The position numbers and the translations under genes were made by a program. A stretch of DNA of 64,000 nt from Candidatus Eiseniibacteriota bacterium (GTDB taxonomy: Bacteria; Eisenbacteria; RBG-16-71-46). Where the stretch lies: positions 1,152,001-1,216,000 of the forward strand of contig CAVUWA010000002.1 of NCBI GenBank assembly GCA_963744995.1, in the 5' to 3' direction. This document shows, one piece after another, positions 41,629 through 50,950 of the stretch. Within the stretch, counting starts at the first letter, position 1. Each line of letters opens with the position of its first letter. The notes under the pieces are model-generated. The model saw nothing but the letters and a program-made list of their open reading frames with translations, made no database searches and was not told the DNA's origin.

Positions 41629-42441
41629 TCAGTCCTCGCGCACCCGGTCTTCGTTCGCCGCAGGCGTCCTCAGTACCATCGGATTGCGCACCAGGAACAG
41701 GCCGACCTGCAGCCGGTCCTGAAGGCCGAGCTTCGCCAGCACGCGGCCGACGTGCTTCTTCACGGTCGCCTCGCTGATGTCGAGCGCGCTCGCGATCTCC
41801 TTGTTGGAGAGCCCCCGCGAGATGTGCGCGGCCACCGTGCGCTCGCGATCCGAGAGCGGCTGCCGGCGGTCCTCGTGCGTGAAGTGGTCGTCATGGGTCT
41901 CTTCCGCGTGACAGGTCTGCCCCGCGTGGACGAGCCGGATCGCTTCCAGCAGGGTCGAAGACTCCGCATTGCGGCGCACCGTGCCACGGGCGCCGTGCTG
42001 CGCGGCGATGCGCAGGCAGGTCGTGCCGTGCGAGCAGAGCTGCGGACCCTGGCCAAGGAAGCGACCGTTGGTCCCGGACGAGAAATCCACGGGCATGGGT
42101 GGATTGAGCACCAAACAGTGCTTGTGCGAGTGCTCGCTCAGCCCCACGACCCGCAGCTGGGGATGCGCCGTGAGGATCGCCGGCAGCGCCTCGTCGCTCC
42201 CCAGGCCAGGGAGCGTGAGCGTGAGCAGCAGCACGTCGGGTACATGCTCGCGGCACGCTTCGATCGTGTCTTCGATCGTCTGTGTGGCGCCGATCACGTC
42301 CATGTCGGCTTCACGTTCGAGCAGCGCCATCAGTCCGGCGCGGTCAATCGCATTCTCGTCTGCCACGATCAGCCGGATGCGCTCGAGCGCATGACCATTT
42401 GTCCGGTGATCTGACCGGGATGTCGACTTCCGTTTCGCCAC
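41629..42441 (-). CDS. NarL/LuxR-type regulator with atypical receiver domain
   Basis: LSDRE...GLSNKEIASALDISEATVKKHV HTH; REC-like N-terminus; GTG start after GGAGAGG (ATG 42453 is an alternative). Confidence 0.85.
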   Translation of the reverse strand: MAKRKSTSRSDHRTNGHALERIRLIVADENAIDRAGLMALLEREADMDVIGATQTIEDTIEACREHVPDVLLLTLTLPGLGSDEALPAILTAHPQLRVVGLSEHSHKHCLVLNPPMPVDFSSGTNGRFLGQGPQLCSHGTTCLRIAAQHGARGTVRRNAESSTLLEAIRLVHAGQTCHAEETHDDHFTHEDRRQPLSDRERTVAAHISRGLSNKEIASALDISEATVKKHVGRVLAKLGLQDRLQVGLFLVRNPMVLRTPAANEDRVRED

Positions 42442-42616
42442 GAGCCTCTCCATTCGACGAAGGTCTACCCGCAGGATGCCCACTACTTTTGGAGCATACC
42501 GCCGTCCGGCGGGGAAACAAAGCTGACCGGCAGGAAACGCGGGCGGGCCCGGGAGCGCTCGAGCCCCGGGGCCCGCGGCGCTTGAACGCCCCCGGCCCGG
42601 GGCGCAGTCTCCGGTC

Positions 42617-44065
42617 ATGAGCGCCGCCTCCGATGTGCCGGTCGAGGTCGGACCGTTCCGCTGGCGCATCCCCGCCGAAGGGGAGATGCGCGTCCCCGGC
42701 ATCCTGTTTGCCGACCGGCCGTTACTCGAAAAGATGCAGTCCGATCGAACCCTGACCCAGGTGCGCAATGCGGCGCACCTGCCCGGCATCATCGAGGCCT
42801 CGATCGCCATGCCGGATGCGCACTGGGGCTACGGGCTCCCGGTCGGCGGGGTCATCGCCACGGACCCGGTCGAGGGCGTGGTCTCTCCCGGGGCGGTCGG
42901 TTACGACATCGGCTGCGGGGTGCGGCTGCTGCGATCGCAGCTGACGCGCGCGGATCTCGAACCGCACGCCGAGCGGCTGGCCGATGCGCTCTTCCGTCAC
43001 GTGCCGTGCGGGGTCGGCTCGCACGGCGCGGTCCACGTGGCGAAGGGTGAGATGCGGCGGGTGCTGGAACGCGGCGCGGCGTGGGCCGTGCGTCGCGGCA
43101 TGGGCTGGAACTCGGACCTCGACCACTGCGAGGAGGGCGGCGCGCTGGCCGACGCCGATCCCGGCGCCGCAAGCGACGCCGCGCTCGCGCGCGGCGCCGG
43201 GCAGCTCGGTACGCTCGGCTCGGGCAATCACTTTCTCGAGGTGCAGGTCGTGGACCGCGTCTTCGACGCCGCTGCCGCCCGGGTGATGGGTCTCGAGCCC
43301 GGAACGGTCACGGTGATGATCCACTGCGGTTCACGCGGCTTCGGCCATCAGATCTGCACCGATTACGTTCGACGGGTGATGCGCCGGATGCAGGCGTGGG
43401 GCATCACGCTGCCCGACCGGCAGCTCGCGTGCGCACCGCTCGGCTCGCCCGAGGCACGCGCGTATCTGGGGGCGATGCGCGCCGCCGCCAATTTCGCCTG
43501 GGCGAACCGGCAGTGCATCGCGGACGGGGTGCGGCGTGCCTTCGAAGCGACGCTCGGCCGACCGGCCGAACGTCTCGGGCTGCATCTGGTCTACGACGTG
43601 GCCCACAACATCGCCAAGTTCGAGACCCACGCCACGTCCGCCGGGCCCACCCGCTGCCTCGTGCACCGCAAGGGCGCGACGCGCTCGTTCCCCGCCGCTC
43701 ACCCGGACGTCCCGGCGGCCTATCGCGACACCGGGCAGCCGGTGCTGGTGCCCGGCGACATGGGCCGCTACTCCTACGTGCTGGTCGGGCGGCCGGGCGC
43801 GATGGCGCACGCATTCGGTTCGAGCTGCCACGGCGCGGGACGCCAGATGAGCCGCACGCAGGCGGTGCGCGAGACCCGCGGGCGCGACCTCGCGGCCGAA
43901 CTGCGCGGGATCGGCGTGCTGGTGCGCCATGAAGGCCGCGACACGTTGCGCGAGGAGACCATCGAAGCCTACAAGGACGTGGCGGACGTCGTGCGCGTGG
44001 TCGAGGGCGCCGATCTCGCGCGCCGCGTGGCGCGGCTCAGGCCGTGGATCGTCGTGAAGGGGTGA
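42617..44065 (+). CDS. rtcB: RNA 3'-phosphate/5'-OH ligase RtcB
   Basis: MPDAHWGYG, GYDIGCG, GTLGSGNHF, HCGSRG, AHN, HRKGAT, HGAGR, AYKD. Confidence 0.95.
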   Translation: MSAASDVPVEVGPFRWRIPAEGEMRVPGILFADRPLLEKMQSDRTLTQVRNAAHLPGIIEASIAMPDAHWGYGLPVGGVIATDPVEGVVSPGAVGYDIGCGVRLLRSQLTRADLEPHAERLADALFRHVPCGVGSHGAVHVAKGEMRRVLERGAAWAVRRGMGWNSDLDHCEEGGALADADPGAASDAALARGAGQLGTLGSGNHFLEVQVVDRVFDAAAARVMGLEPGTVTVMIHCGSRGFGHQICTDYVRRVMRRMQAWGITLPDRQLACAPLGSPEARAYLGAMRAAANFAWANRQCIADGVRRAFEATLGRPAERLGLHLVYDVAHNIAKFETHATSAGPTRCLVHRKGATRSFPAAHPDVPAAYRDTGQPVLVPGDMGRYSYVLVGRPGAMAHAFGSSCHGAGRQMSRTQAVRETRGRDLAAELRGIGVLVRHEGRDTLREETIEAYKDVADVVRVVEGADLARRVARLRPWIVVKG

Positions 44066-44118
44066 GATCGCGGTAGCCCTCGCGCGCCCGATGGCGCGCA
44101 CGCGCGGCGCGAGCCGGG

Positions 44119-45024
44119 TCAGACGGCGATGAGCGCTTCGGGCAGGCCGCGCTCGCGCGCGACGGTCGCCGCCTCCGAGCCGCCGAGCACGGCGTCCTCG
44201 ACGACGATCCCGCGAAAGAGCTCCAGCGGGACCATCTCGAAGTAGACGTTGCGCGGCCTGACGCCCGCGGGCGGGGCGTCCCAGATCTCGTCAGGCGCCT
44301 GTTCCACGATCCGCAGCGCGGGGGTTCCCGCGGGCAGGAACTTGCGCCGGCTCGCGAGAACGTAGACCGGCACCGAACGCTCGCGCGCCGCGAGCGCCGC
44401 GGCGTAGGAGCCGACCTTGTTGATGACGCCCTGCTCGGTGATCGCGTCGGCGCCGAGCCACACCATCCCCGCGCTGCCGATGAGCAGCGGCAGCGCCGCG
44501 TCGCTCGTGAGCCACACCGGGATGCCGGCAGCGGCGAGCGCCGTCGCCAGGGCGCGACCTTCGAACAGCGGTCGGCCCTCGCCGATCAGGGCCCGCGGCC
44601 CGCGACCGGCGGCGTGCGCCGCCAGCAGCGCGTCGCGGACGGTGCCGCTCGACGACAGCGTCGCGATCCAGGTTTCCGACTCGGTCACGAGGCCGCGGGC
44701 GAACCGGGCGATGTCGCGCGAGGACTGCGCGAGGTCCTCGCGCTCGGCATGGCACGAGGCGGCGAGCACCTCGCGCACGGCGGGGGCCGGATCCTCACGC
44801 CGGAGCGCCGTGTCGGTGACGTCCAGCGCGCGCGCCGCCAGCTGATGGACCAGACCCATCGTCGGCTGCGCCGCCTGCGCCTCGCGCAGGAACGTGAGCA
44901 GCGCGCCGCGCAGCGCCGGCCCCGAGGGCGAGCGGTCGACGGCGACCCAGCGCTCGAGGGCATCGAGGAAGCTCGCCCCGACGGCGCCCGAGCCCGCGCG
45001 GTGGTCGGCCTTGAAGTCGTTCAT
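44119..45024 (-). CDS. eIF-2B alpha/beta/delta-like protein (sugar-phosphate isomerase fold)
   Basis: AQPTM, TLSSSGTV, EGRPLFEG, GADAI, NKVGS, NVYFE. Confidence 0.82.
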   Translation of the reverse strand: MNDFKADHRAGSGAVGASFLDALERWVAVDRSPSGPALRGALLTFLREAQAAQPTMGLVHQLAARALDVTDTALRREDPAPAVREVLAASCHAEREDLAQSSRDIARFARGLVTESETWIATLSSSGTVRDALLAAHAAGRGPRALIGEGRPLFEGRALATALAAAGIPVWLTSDAALPLLIGSAGMVWLGADAITEQGVINKVGSYAAALAARERSVPVYVLASRRKFLPAGTPALRIVEQAPDEIWDAPPAGVRPRNVYFEMVPLELFRGIVVEDAVLGGSEAATVARERGLPEALIAV

Positions 45025-45258
45025 GGGGCGCACACTAGCCGGAAGGCCGGATGGCCGCCAGCGGCGCCGGTGCGGGGCCTCGACGGACGGCGTTGGCAGC
45101 CCCGGGCCACTATGGTAACTTGGCATCTGCCAACTTCTTTCGCCGCCGCCTTCCGCGCGAATCGAGCGCGGAGCCGGTGGATTTTCTGCTGCCCGGAAGC
45201 GCCGTGCGCGTCGCGCCGGCCCGGGCGGGGCCACGTCGATGAGGATTTCGAGCACCGC

Positions 45259-47937
45259 ATGGCCACCGAAGTCGCCGAACTGATCCAGCATCAGCTCCTG
45301 CCCCGCGTCTCCAAGCCGAACCGCTACCTCTCGAACGCGCTGCACGTGCCGCGCAAGCCGCTCGACGAGGCGCAGGTCAAGGTGCTGCTCGCGTTTCCGG
45401 ATGCCTACGAAATCGGCCTGTCGAACATCGGCATCCGGATCATCCATCACGTCCTGAATGCGCGCCCCGACGTGGCGGCCGAGCTCACGTTCGCGCCGTG
45501 GCCGGACGCCGAGGCCGAGATGCGCCGCATCGGCATTCCGCTGTTCTCGCTCGACACGCACGCGGCCGCGGATCGTTTCGACGTCATCGGTTTCTCGCTC
45601 CAGTACGAGCTGCAGTACACGAACGTCCTCAACATGCTCGACCTGGCCGGGCTGCCGCTCAAGACCGTCGACCGCGACGCGCGGCATCCGCTGATCATCG
45701 CCGGCGGCGCGCAGGCGTTCAGCCCCGAGCCGATGGCCGAGTTCATCGACGCGTTCGTGATCGGCGACGGCGAGGAGATCATTCACGAGGTCGTCGACCT
45801 CGCCGGTCGCGCGAAGCGCGAGGGCTGGCCACGGCCGCGTCTGCTGCGGACGCTCGCCGGCGTGCGCGGCGTGTACGTGCCGTGGGGCTACGTGACCACG
45901 GCGAGCACCGAAGGCTGGCTCGTGCCGAAGCCGCGCGCCGGCTTCCCGGCGCGGGTCCGTTCCGCCTGGGTGGACGCGCTCAGGAGCGAGTACTACCCGG
46001 CGGCGCCGATGCTGCCGGTCGGCGAGATCACGCACGACCGCCTCTCGGTCGAAATCATGCGCGGCTGCACGCGCGGCTGCCGTTTCTGCCAGGCCGGAAT
46101 GATCAACCGGCCGGTGCGCGAGAAGCCGGCGCAGCAGATCGTGGAAGAGGTGCTGGGCGGACTGCGTTCGACCGGGCTCGAGGAGGTTTCGCTGATCTCG
46201 CTCTCGAGCACCGACCACACGCAGATCGTCGAGCAGGTGAACACGCTGGCCGACGAGCTGTGCCCGACGCGCGTGCAGATCTCGCTGCCGTCCACGCGGC
46301 CGGACAACGTGCCGGTCGACGTGGCGCGGCGCATGGCGGCGCAGAAGAAGGGCTCGATCACGCTCGCCCCCGAGGCGGGCACGCAACGGATGCGCGACGT
46401 AATCAACAAGAACCACACCGAGGAGGAGCTGCTGAACTCGGTGGCGACCGCCGCCCGCGAGGGCTACACGAGCGCCAAGCTGTACTTCATGTGCGGGCTG
46501 CCGGGGGAGACCGACGACGACCTGCGCGGGATCATCGACCTCGCCCACAAGGCGTGGAAGACGGCGCGCGACCAGGGCCGCCGGAACTTCCGGATCACCG
46601 CCAGCGTCTCGCCGCACGTGCCCAAGCCCCACACGCCGTTCGCATGGGCGGAACAGGTGTCGACCGCGGAACTCAACCGCCGGCTCGGCGTGCTGCGCGA
46701 GGCGGTGAAGGGCACGCCCGTCACGCTCAAGTACCGCGACGCCGAGACGTCGCTGCTCGAGGGCGTGTTCACGCGCGGCGACCGGCGGCTCGGTCTCGCC
46801 GTGGAAGAGGCCTGGCGCCGCGGCTGCCGTTTCGACGCCTGGTCGGAGCATCTGCGCTGGGATACGTGGATGAAGGTGTTCCGCGACCTGGGGCTCGATC
46901 CCGAACGCCCGCTCATCGAGCGTTCCACCGAGCTCGAGCAGCCCTGGGACGTCGTGCAGTCGCCGGTCACCCGCAAGTTCCTGGTGCGCGAAAAGGTGCG
47001 CGCCGACCGCGCCGCGATCACCGAGGACTGCCGGCTGGAAGACGTGTGCTTCTCGTGCGGGGTCGACGACTGCCCGCAGCGGCCGTGGGTGAAGACGCCC
47101 CACGCGCCGATCGATGTGCCCCGCGCGCATGCGCGGGTCGAACAGACGTTTGGTCGTGCCAGGCGCCGCGGCGCCGCCCGCTCCGGACAGCGTCCGGGGA
47201 CGGGCGTCCAGACCGCGACGCGTTTCCGGATCGTGTTCGAAAAGGGGGCCGGGATGCGCTTCACTTCGCACCTCGACCTCATGCGCACCTGGGAGCGGTC
47301 GTTGCGCCGCGCCGGGCTGCCGCTTGCATTCACCCAGGGACACCGGCCGCATCTCAAGCTGTCGTTCGGTCCGCCGTTGCCGCTGGGTTACCGTTCCCGG
47401 GCCGAAGCATTCGACCTGGAGTTTTCCCGGCCGCCGGGTGTGGACCTGGCGGAGCGGCTCAACGACGTGTTGCCGCCGGGACTTCGGGTGGAGGGCTACC
47501 GGCCCATCCTGTTCAAGACACCTTCGCTCATGAGCCAGATCGGCGGCGCCACGTACCGCGTGCGCTTCCCCCGGCCGTTCCTCGACGCTGCGGGTCTCGA
47601 TGCCGAGACGCTCGTCGGGACGCTGCGTGACGCCATCCGCCGGCTGCTCGACCGCGACCATCTGATCGTCCGGCGGCAGAGCGAAGCACAGACCCGTGAA
47701 TTCGACGCCAAACCTTCCATCCTGTTCATCGAAGCCAGCGACGACGAGGCGCCCGGCGTGCTCACGCTCGGGATCCGCTTCACGGTCCGCGCGCAGCCGC
47801 GCCCGGAGGAAATCGTCGCCATGATGTTCCCGGATTCCGACCCGCGGTCGCTCGACGTCGAGCGGATGATGCTGTGGGCGGAGGTCGGGGGACAGCGGCT
47901 CGATCCGCTTGCGCTGCTGCACGCCGGAACCGGATAG
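45259..47937 (+). CDS. TIGR03960-type radical SAM protein fused to a TIGR03936/DUF2344 domain
   Basis: FPDAYEIG, RGCTRGCRFC, APEAG, PKPHTPF, extra CxxxxxCxxC, then SHLDL...FTQG..P..SFGPPLPLG; upstream of rng. Confidence 0.9.
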   Translation: MATEVAELIQHQLLPRVSKPNRYLSNALHVPRKPLDEAQVKVLLAFPDAYEIGLSNIGIRIIHHVLNARPDVAAELTFAPWPDAEAEMRRIGIPLFSLDTHAAADRFDVIGFSLQYELQYTNVLNMLDLAGLPLKTVDRDARHPLIIAGGAQAFSPEPMAEFIDAFVIGDGEEIIHEVVDLAGRAKREGWPRPRLLRTLAGVRGVYVPWGYVTTASTEGWLVPKPRAGFPARVRSAWVDALRSEYYPAAPMLPVGEITHDRLSVEIMRGCTRGCRFCQAGMINRPVREKPAQQIVEEVLGGLRSTGLEEVSLISLSSTDHTQIVEQVNTLADELCPTRVQISLPSTRPDNVPVDVARRMAAQKKGSITLAPEAGTQRMRDVINKNHTEEELLNSVATAAREGYTSAKLYFMCGLPGETDDDLRGIIDLAHKAWKTARDQGRRNFRITASVSPHVPKPHTPFAWAEQVSTAELNRRLGVLREAVKGTPVTLKYRDAETSLLEGVFTRGDRRLGLAVEEAWRRGCRFDAWSEHLRWDTWMKVFRDLGLDPERPLIERSTELEQPWDVVQSPVTRKFLVREKVRADRAAITEDCRLEDVCFSCGVDDCPQRPWVKTPHAPIDVPRAHARVEQTFGRARRRGAARSGQRPGTGVQTATRFRIVFEKGAGMRFTSHLDLMRTWERSLRRAGLPLAFTQGHRPHLKLSFGPPLPLGYRSRAEAFDLEFSRPPGVDLAERLNDVLPPGLRVEGYRPILFKTPSLMSQIGGATYRVRFPRPFLDAAGLDAETLVGTLRDAIRRLLDRDHLIVRRQSEAQTREFDAKPSILFIEASDDEAPGVLTLGIRFTVRAQPRPEEIVAMMFPDSDPRSLDVERMMLWAEVGGQRLDPLALLHAGTG

Positions 47938-47972
47938 ACGTCAGGCTTCGCACGGGGTTCAAGGAATCCCCT

Positions 47973-49511
47973 GTGAAACAGCGCATCATCATCAACGCGG
48001 ACGCGTACGAAACCCGCGTCGCCATCCTCGAAGACGACGCGGTCGCCGAGCTGTTCGTCGAGCGCGCCGACCAGCGCCGCCACGTCGGCAACATCTACAA
48101 GGGCCGGGTGAACGCCGTGCTGCCCGGCATGCAGGCCGCCTTCGTCGATCTCGGCCTCGCCAAGACCGGCTTCCTCCACGCTTCGGATCTCGCCGAGAAC
48201 CTGAGCGCGCTCGATGAGAGTGACCTGGAGGACAATGGGCATCGGCGCCGCCGCGCGCCGGTGCCCAAGATCGAGGACCATCTCAAGAAGGGCCAGGAGA
48301 TCATGGTGCAGATCACCAAGGAGTCGATCGGCACCAAGGGTCCGCGCGTGACCCAGCAGCTGAGCCTGCCGGGCCGCTTCTGCGTGCTGATGCCCGGCGT
48401 CGACCATTCCGGGGTCTCGCGGCGGATCGAAGAGCGCGCCGAGCGCCAGCGCATCAAGGCGATCATCTCGGACCAGAAGCCCAAGGGCGTCGGCCTGATC
48501 GCCCGCACGGCGGGCGAGGGCAAGGGCGAAGCCGACTTCGTCGCCGACGTCAAGCATCTGGTCAAGCTCTGGCAGAAGATCGAGCGCAAAGGGAAGACGG
48601 TGCGCGCGCCGGGCCTGGTACACGCCGAGCTGGAGATGACCGCCGGGCTGATCCGCGACCTGTTCACCGACGAGGTCGAAGAGGTGATCATCGACGATCC
48701 GCGCGCGTTCAAGGAGATCCAGGCCTACATGAAGTCGGTGTCGCCCGAGCTGTGCGAGCGCGTCAAGCTCTACGGCGGGCAGGTCCCGATCTTCGATGCG
48801 TTCGGCATCGAGAGCGAGATCGAGAAGACCTTCGAGCGCAAGGTGTGGCTCAAGAAAGGCGGCTACATCTGCATCGATCACGCCGAGGCGCTCGTGGCGA
48901 TCGACGTGAACACCGGCCGCTTCACCGGCAAGAAGAACCAGGAGGAAACGATCCTCCGCACCAATCTCGAGGCCGCGCGCGAGATCCCGCGCCAGCTGCG
49001 ACTGCGCGACATCGGCGGGATCATCGTGATCGACTTCATCGACATGGAGATCGAAGCCAACAAGCGCGCCGTGATCGACGACCTGCGCCACGAGCTGCGC
49101 AAGGACCGCGCGCGCACCAAGGCGTTCGCCGTGTCCGACCTCGGCCTGGTCGAAATGACGCGCCAGCGCGAGCGCTCGAGCCTGCTGCACTACTACACGC
49201 AGGACTGTCCGACCTGCGCGGGCCTCGGCAAGGTGCCGTCGTCCGAGACGATGCTGGTGCGCCTCGAGCGCGCCATGCGCCGCGTCTCCGCTGCGGGCGG
49301 CCATCGCCGCATCACCGTGAAGGTGCATCCCGACGTCGCGCTGTTCTTCGTCGAGCAGGAGGGACGCCGCTTCGCCGAGCTCGAGAAGCGCTTCAAGCTG
49401 AACGTCGACCTCAAGGACGACCCACAGCTCAAGCAGGGCGAGATGAAGGTGATCACGGTGAAGAAGCAGGACATCACCAAGGACGTGGTGGGAGCGATTC
49501 CGGGGATGTGA
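47973..49511 (+). CDS. rng: Ribonuclease E/G family
   Basis: GNIYKGRV, PGMQAAFVD, IDVNTG, LRLRDIGGIIVIDFIDM, CPTCAG. Confidence 0.93.
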   Translation: MKQRIIINADAYETRVAILEDDAVAELFVERADQRRHVGNIYKGRVNAVLPGMQAAFVDLGLAKTGFLHASDLAENLSALDESDLEDNGHRRRRAPVPKIEDHLKKGQEIMVQITKESIGTKGPRVTQQLSLPGRFCVLMPGVDHSGVSRRIEERAERQRIKAIISDQKPKGVGLIARTAGEGKGEADFVADVKHLVKLWQKIERKGKTVRAPGLVHAELEMTAGLIRDLFTDEVEEVIIDDPRAFKEIQAYMKSVSPELCERVKLYGGQVPIFDAFGIESEIEKTFERKVWLKKGGYICIDHAEALVAIDVNTGRFTGKKNQEETILRTNLEAAREIPRQLRLRDIGGIIVIDFIDMEIEANKRAVIDDLRHELRKDRARTKAFAVSDLGLVEMTRQRERSSLLHYYTQDCPTCAGLGKVPSSETMLVRLERAMRRVSAAGGHRRITVKVHPDVALFFVEQEGRRFAELEKRFKLNVDLKDDPQLKQGEMKVITVKKQDITKDVVGAIPGM

Positions 49512-49788
49512 TCCGGCGCAGGGTCAGAGGGCCGGCACGCCCTGCAACGCCTCTCCGTGAGGTGACCTGCGCGCTCCGGGACATGCCGCGCCGCGCGGGC
49601 CAGCCGGCGGGCACGGCGATGAGATCGCGACCCGCGTTCTCGGTCGTTCCGGAAGGACGCAGTCCGGCGTCGGTCACGTCCAGGAACTGGTACGCACCGA
49701 GCGCCTCGATCGTCTCGATCAGATCTTGCCTCGTGTAGCCGAAGCGGGCCATGTTCTCGTCGGCTTCGAGCACCAGCGCCGGCCGAAG
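49474..49788 (-). pseudogene. Orphan C-terminal fragment, possibly of an FkbM-type methyltransferase
   Basis: LRPALVLEADENMARFGYTRQDLIETIEALGAY; no N-terminal domain or RBS. Confidence 0.4.
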
Positions 49789-50143
49789 CTACCGTTCGCT
49801 CCACACCGCCAGCTCGTTGCCCGCCGGGTCGGTGAAGTGGAAGCGCCGCCCGCCCGGGAACGAGAAGATCGGCTTCTCGATCCGGCCGCCGGCGGCCCTG
49901 CACGGCGGCCTCGATCGCCTCGAGATCGTTCGCGTACATGATCACCAGCGCGGCGCCGCGACCGGCCTTCGACTGTGTGGTGAAACCACCGTTCAGCCGG
50001 CCGTCGGCGAAGGCGACGTAGTCGGGCCCGAAGTCGGTGAAGGTCCATCCGAAGACGCTCGAGTAGAACGTTTTGATCGCGGCGAGATCGCTGGCGCCGA
50101 ACTCCACGTAGTCGACGCGGCGGTCGTGATCGGACTGCGGCAT
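49789..50143 (-). pseudogene. VOC/glyoxalase family gene with a one-base frameshift
   Basis: VDYVEF...FYSSVFGW...GG, then FPGGRRFHFTDPAGNELAVWSER* in another frame; extra base in the run at 49896-49898. Confidence 0.85.
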
Positions 50144-50309
50144 GGGACACCTCCTGCGCACGGCGGGGACGGCCGCGCGCAACGGACTGCGGGGAAAGCG
50201 CAAACCTAGTCGCGGACGGGTGCGGCCGCAAGGGGGTCGGCGGCGGGCGCCGTGCCATCGTCGCGCCGGGCACCGCGGGCGACCCGGTGGCGCGGCGTGC
50301 GGGTTCGCC

Positions 50310-50897
50310 TCAGCGCACGACCGTGCGGAACGAAAGCGGCCGCTGCAGGCGCTCGAACCCCGTGCGCGCGGGCACGTCCATCTCGGCGATCACGCGTTCC
50401 AGATTGCGCATGGTGTTGAGATCGTCGATCACTCCCGGCGCGGGCGGCGGCCCGTCGGCGAGCACGATGACCCGCACCGGCACGCCGAGCAGGTTCCAGA
50501 TCTCGACCGCGCCGCGCGTGGGCGGATAACCGGGCAGCAGCACGGCGACGTCCAGGTCCGGAGGCGCGAGCTTGAGCGCCTCGAGCGGGGCGTAATCCTT
50601 CGGCCACGCCGGCAGGGCGATCACCACGTGGGCGAGGCCGTAGACCTGCTGCAGGTCATAGAGCTCGTTCGAGGTCGGCAGGCGCTCGAAGGTCACCGTG
50701 GTGCCGAGCGCGAGATCGCTGCGATCGAGGATCAGCGGAGCGCACGGCTCGCGGTAGTGCGCGTCGGAGAACGGGCTGCCGAGCGGCGAGGGGTTCTCCG
50801 CCGCGGGCGGCTCCGCGGCCGGGAGCGTCGCGCAGCCGGCGGCCGCGAGCGCGAGGAGCGCGAGCCACGAGGCGGCGCGCGGAACGAGGCGAGACAT
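50310..50897 (-). CDS. Hypothetical lipoprotein
   Basis: GGAGG RBS; AAAGC lipobox; globular-looking sequence. Confidence 0.7.
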   Translation of the reverse strand: MSRLVPRAASWLALLALAAAGCATLPAAEPPAAENPSPLGSPFSDAHYREPCAPLILDRSDLALGTTVTFERLPTSNELYDLQQVYGLAHVVIALPAWPKDYAPLEALKLAPPDLDVAVLLPGYPPTRGAVEIWNLLGVPVRVIVLADGPPPAPGVIDDLNTMRNLERVIAEMDVPARTGFERLQRPLSFRTVVR

Positions 50898-50950
50898 GGC
50901 GTCCTCCGGATGTATGGGTCACGCCGCGCGGACGCGCGGCGCCGGAGAGC

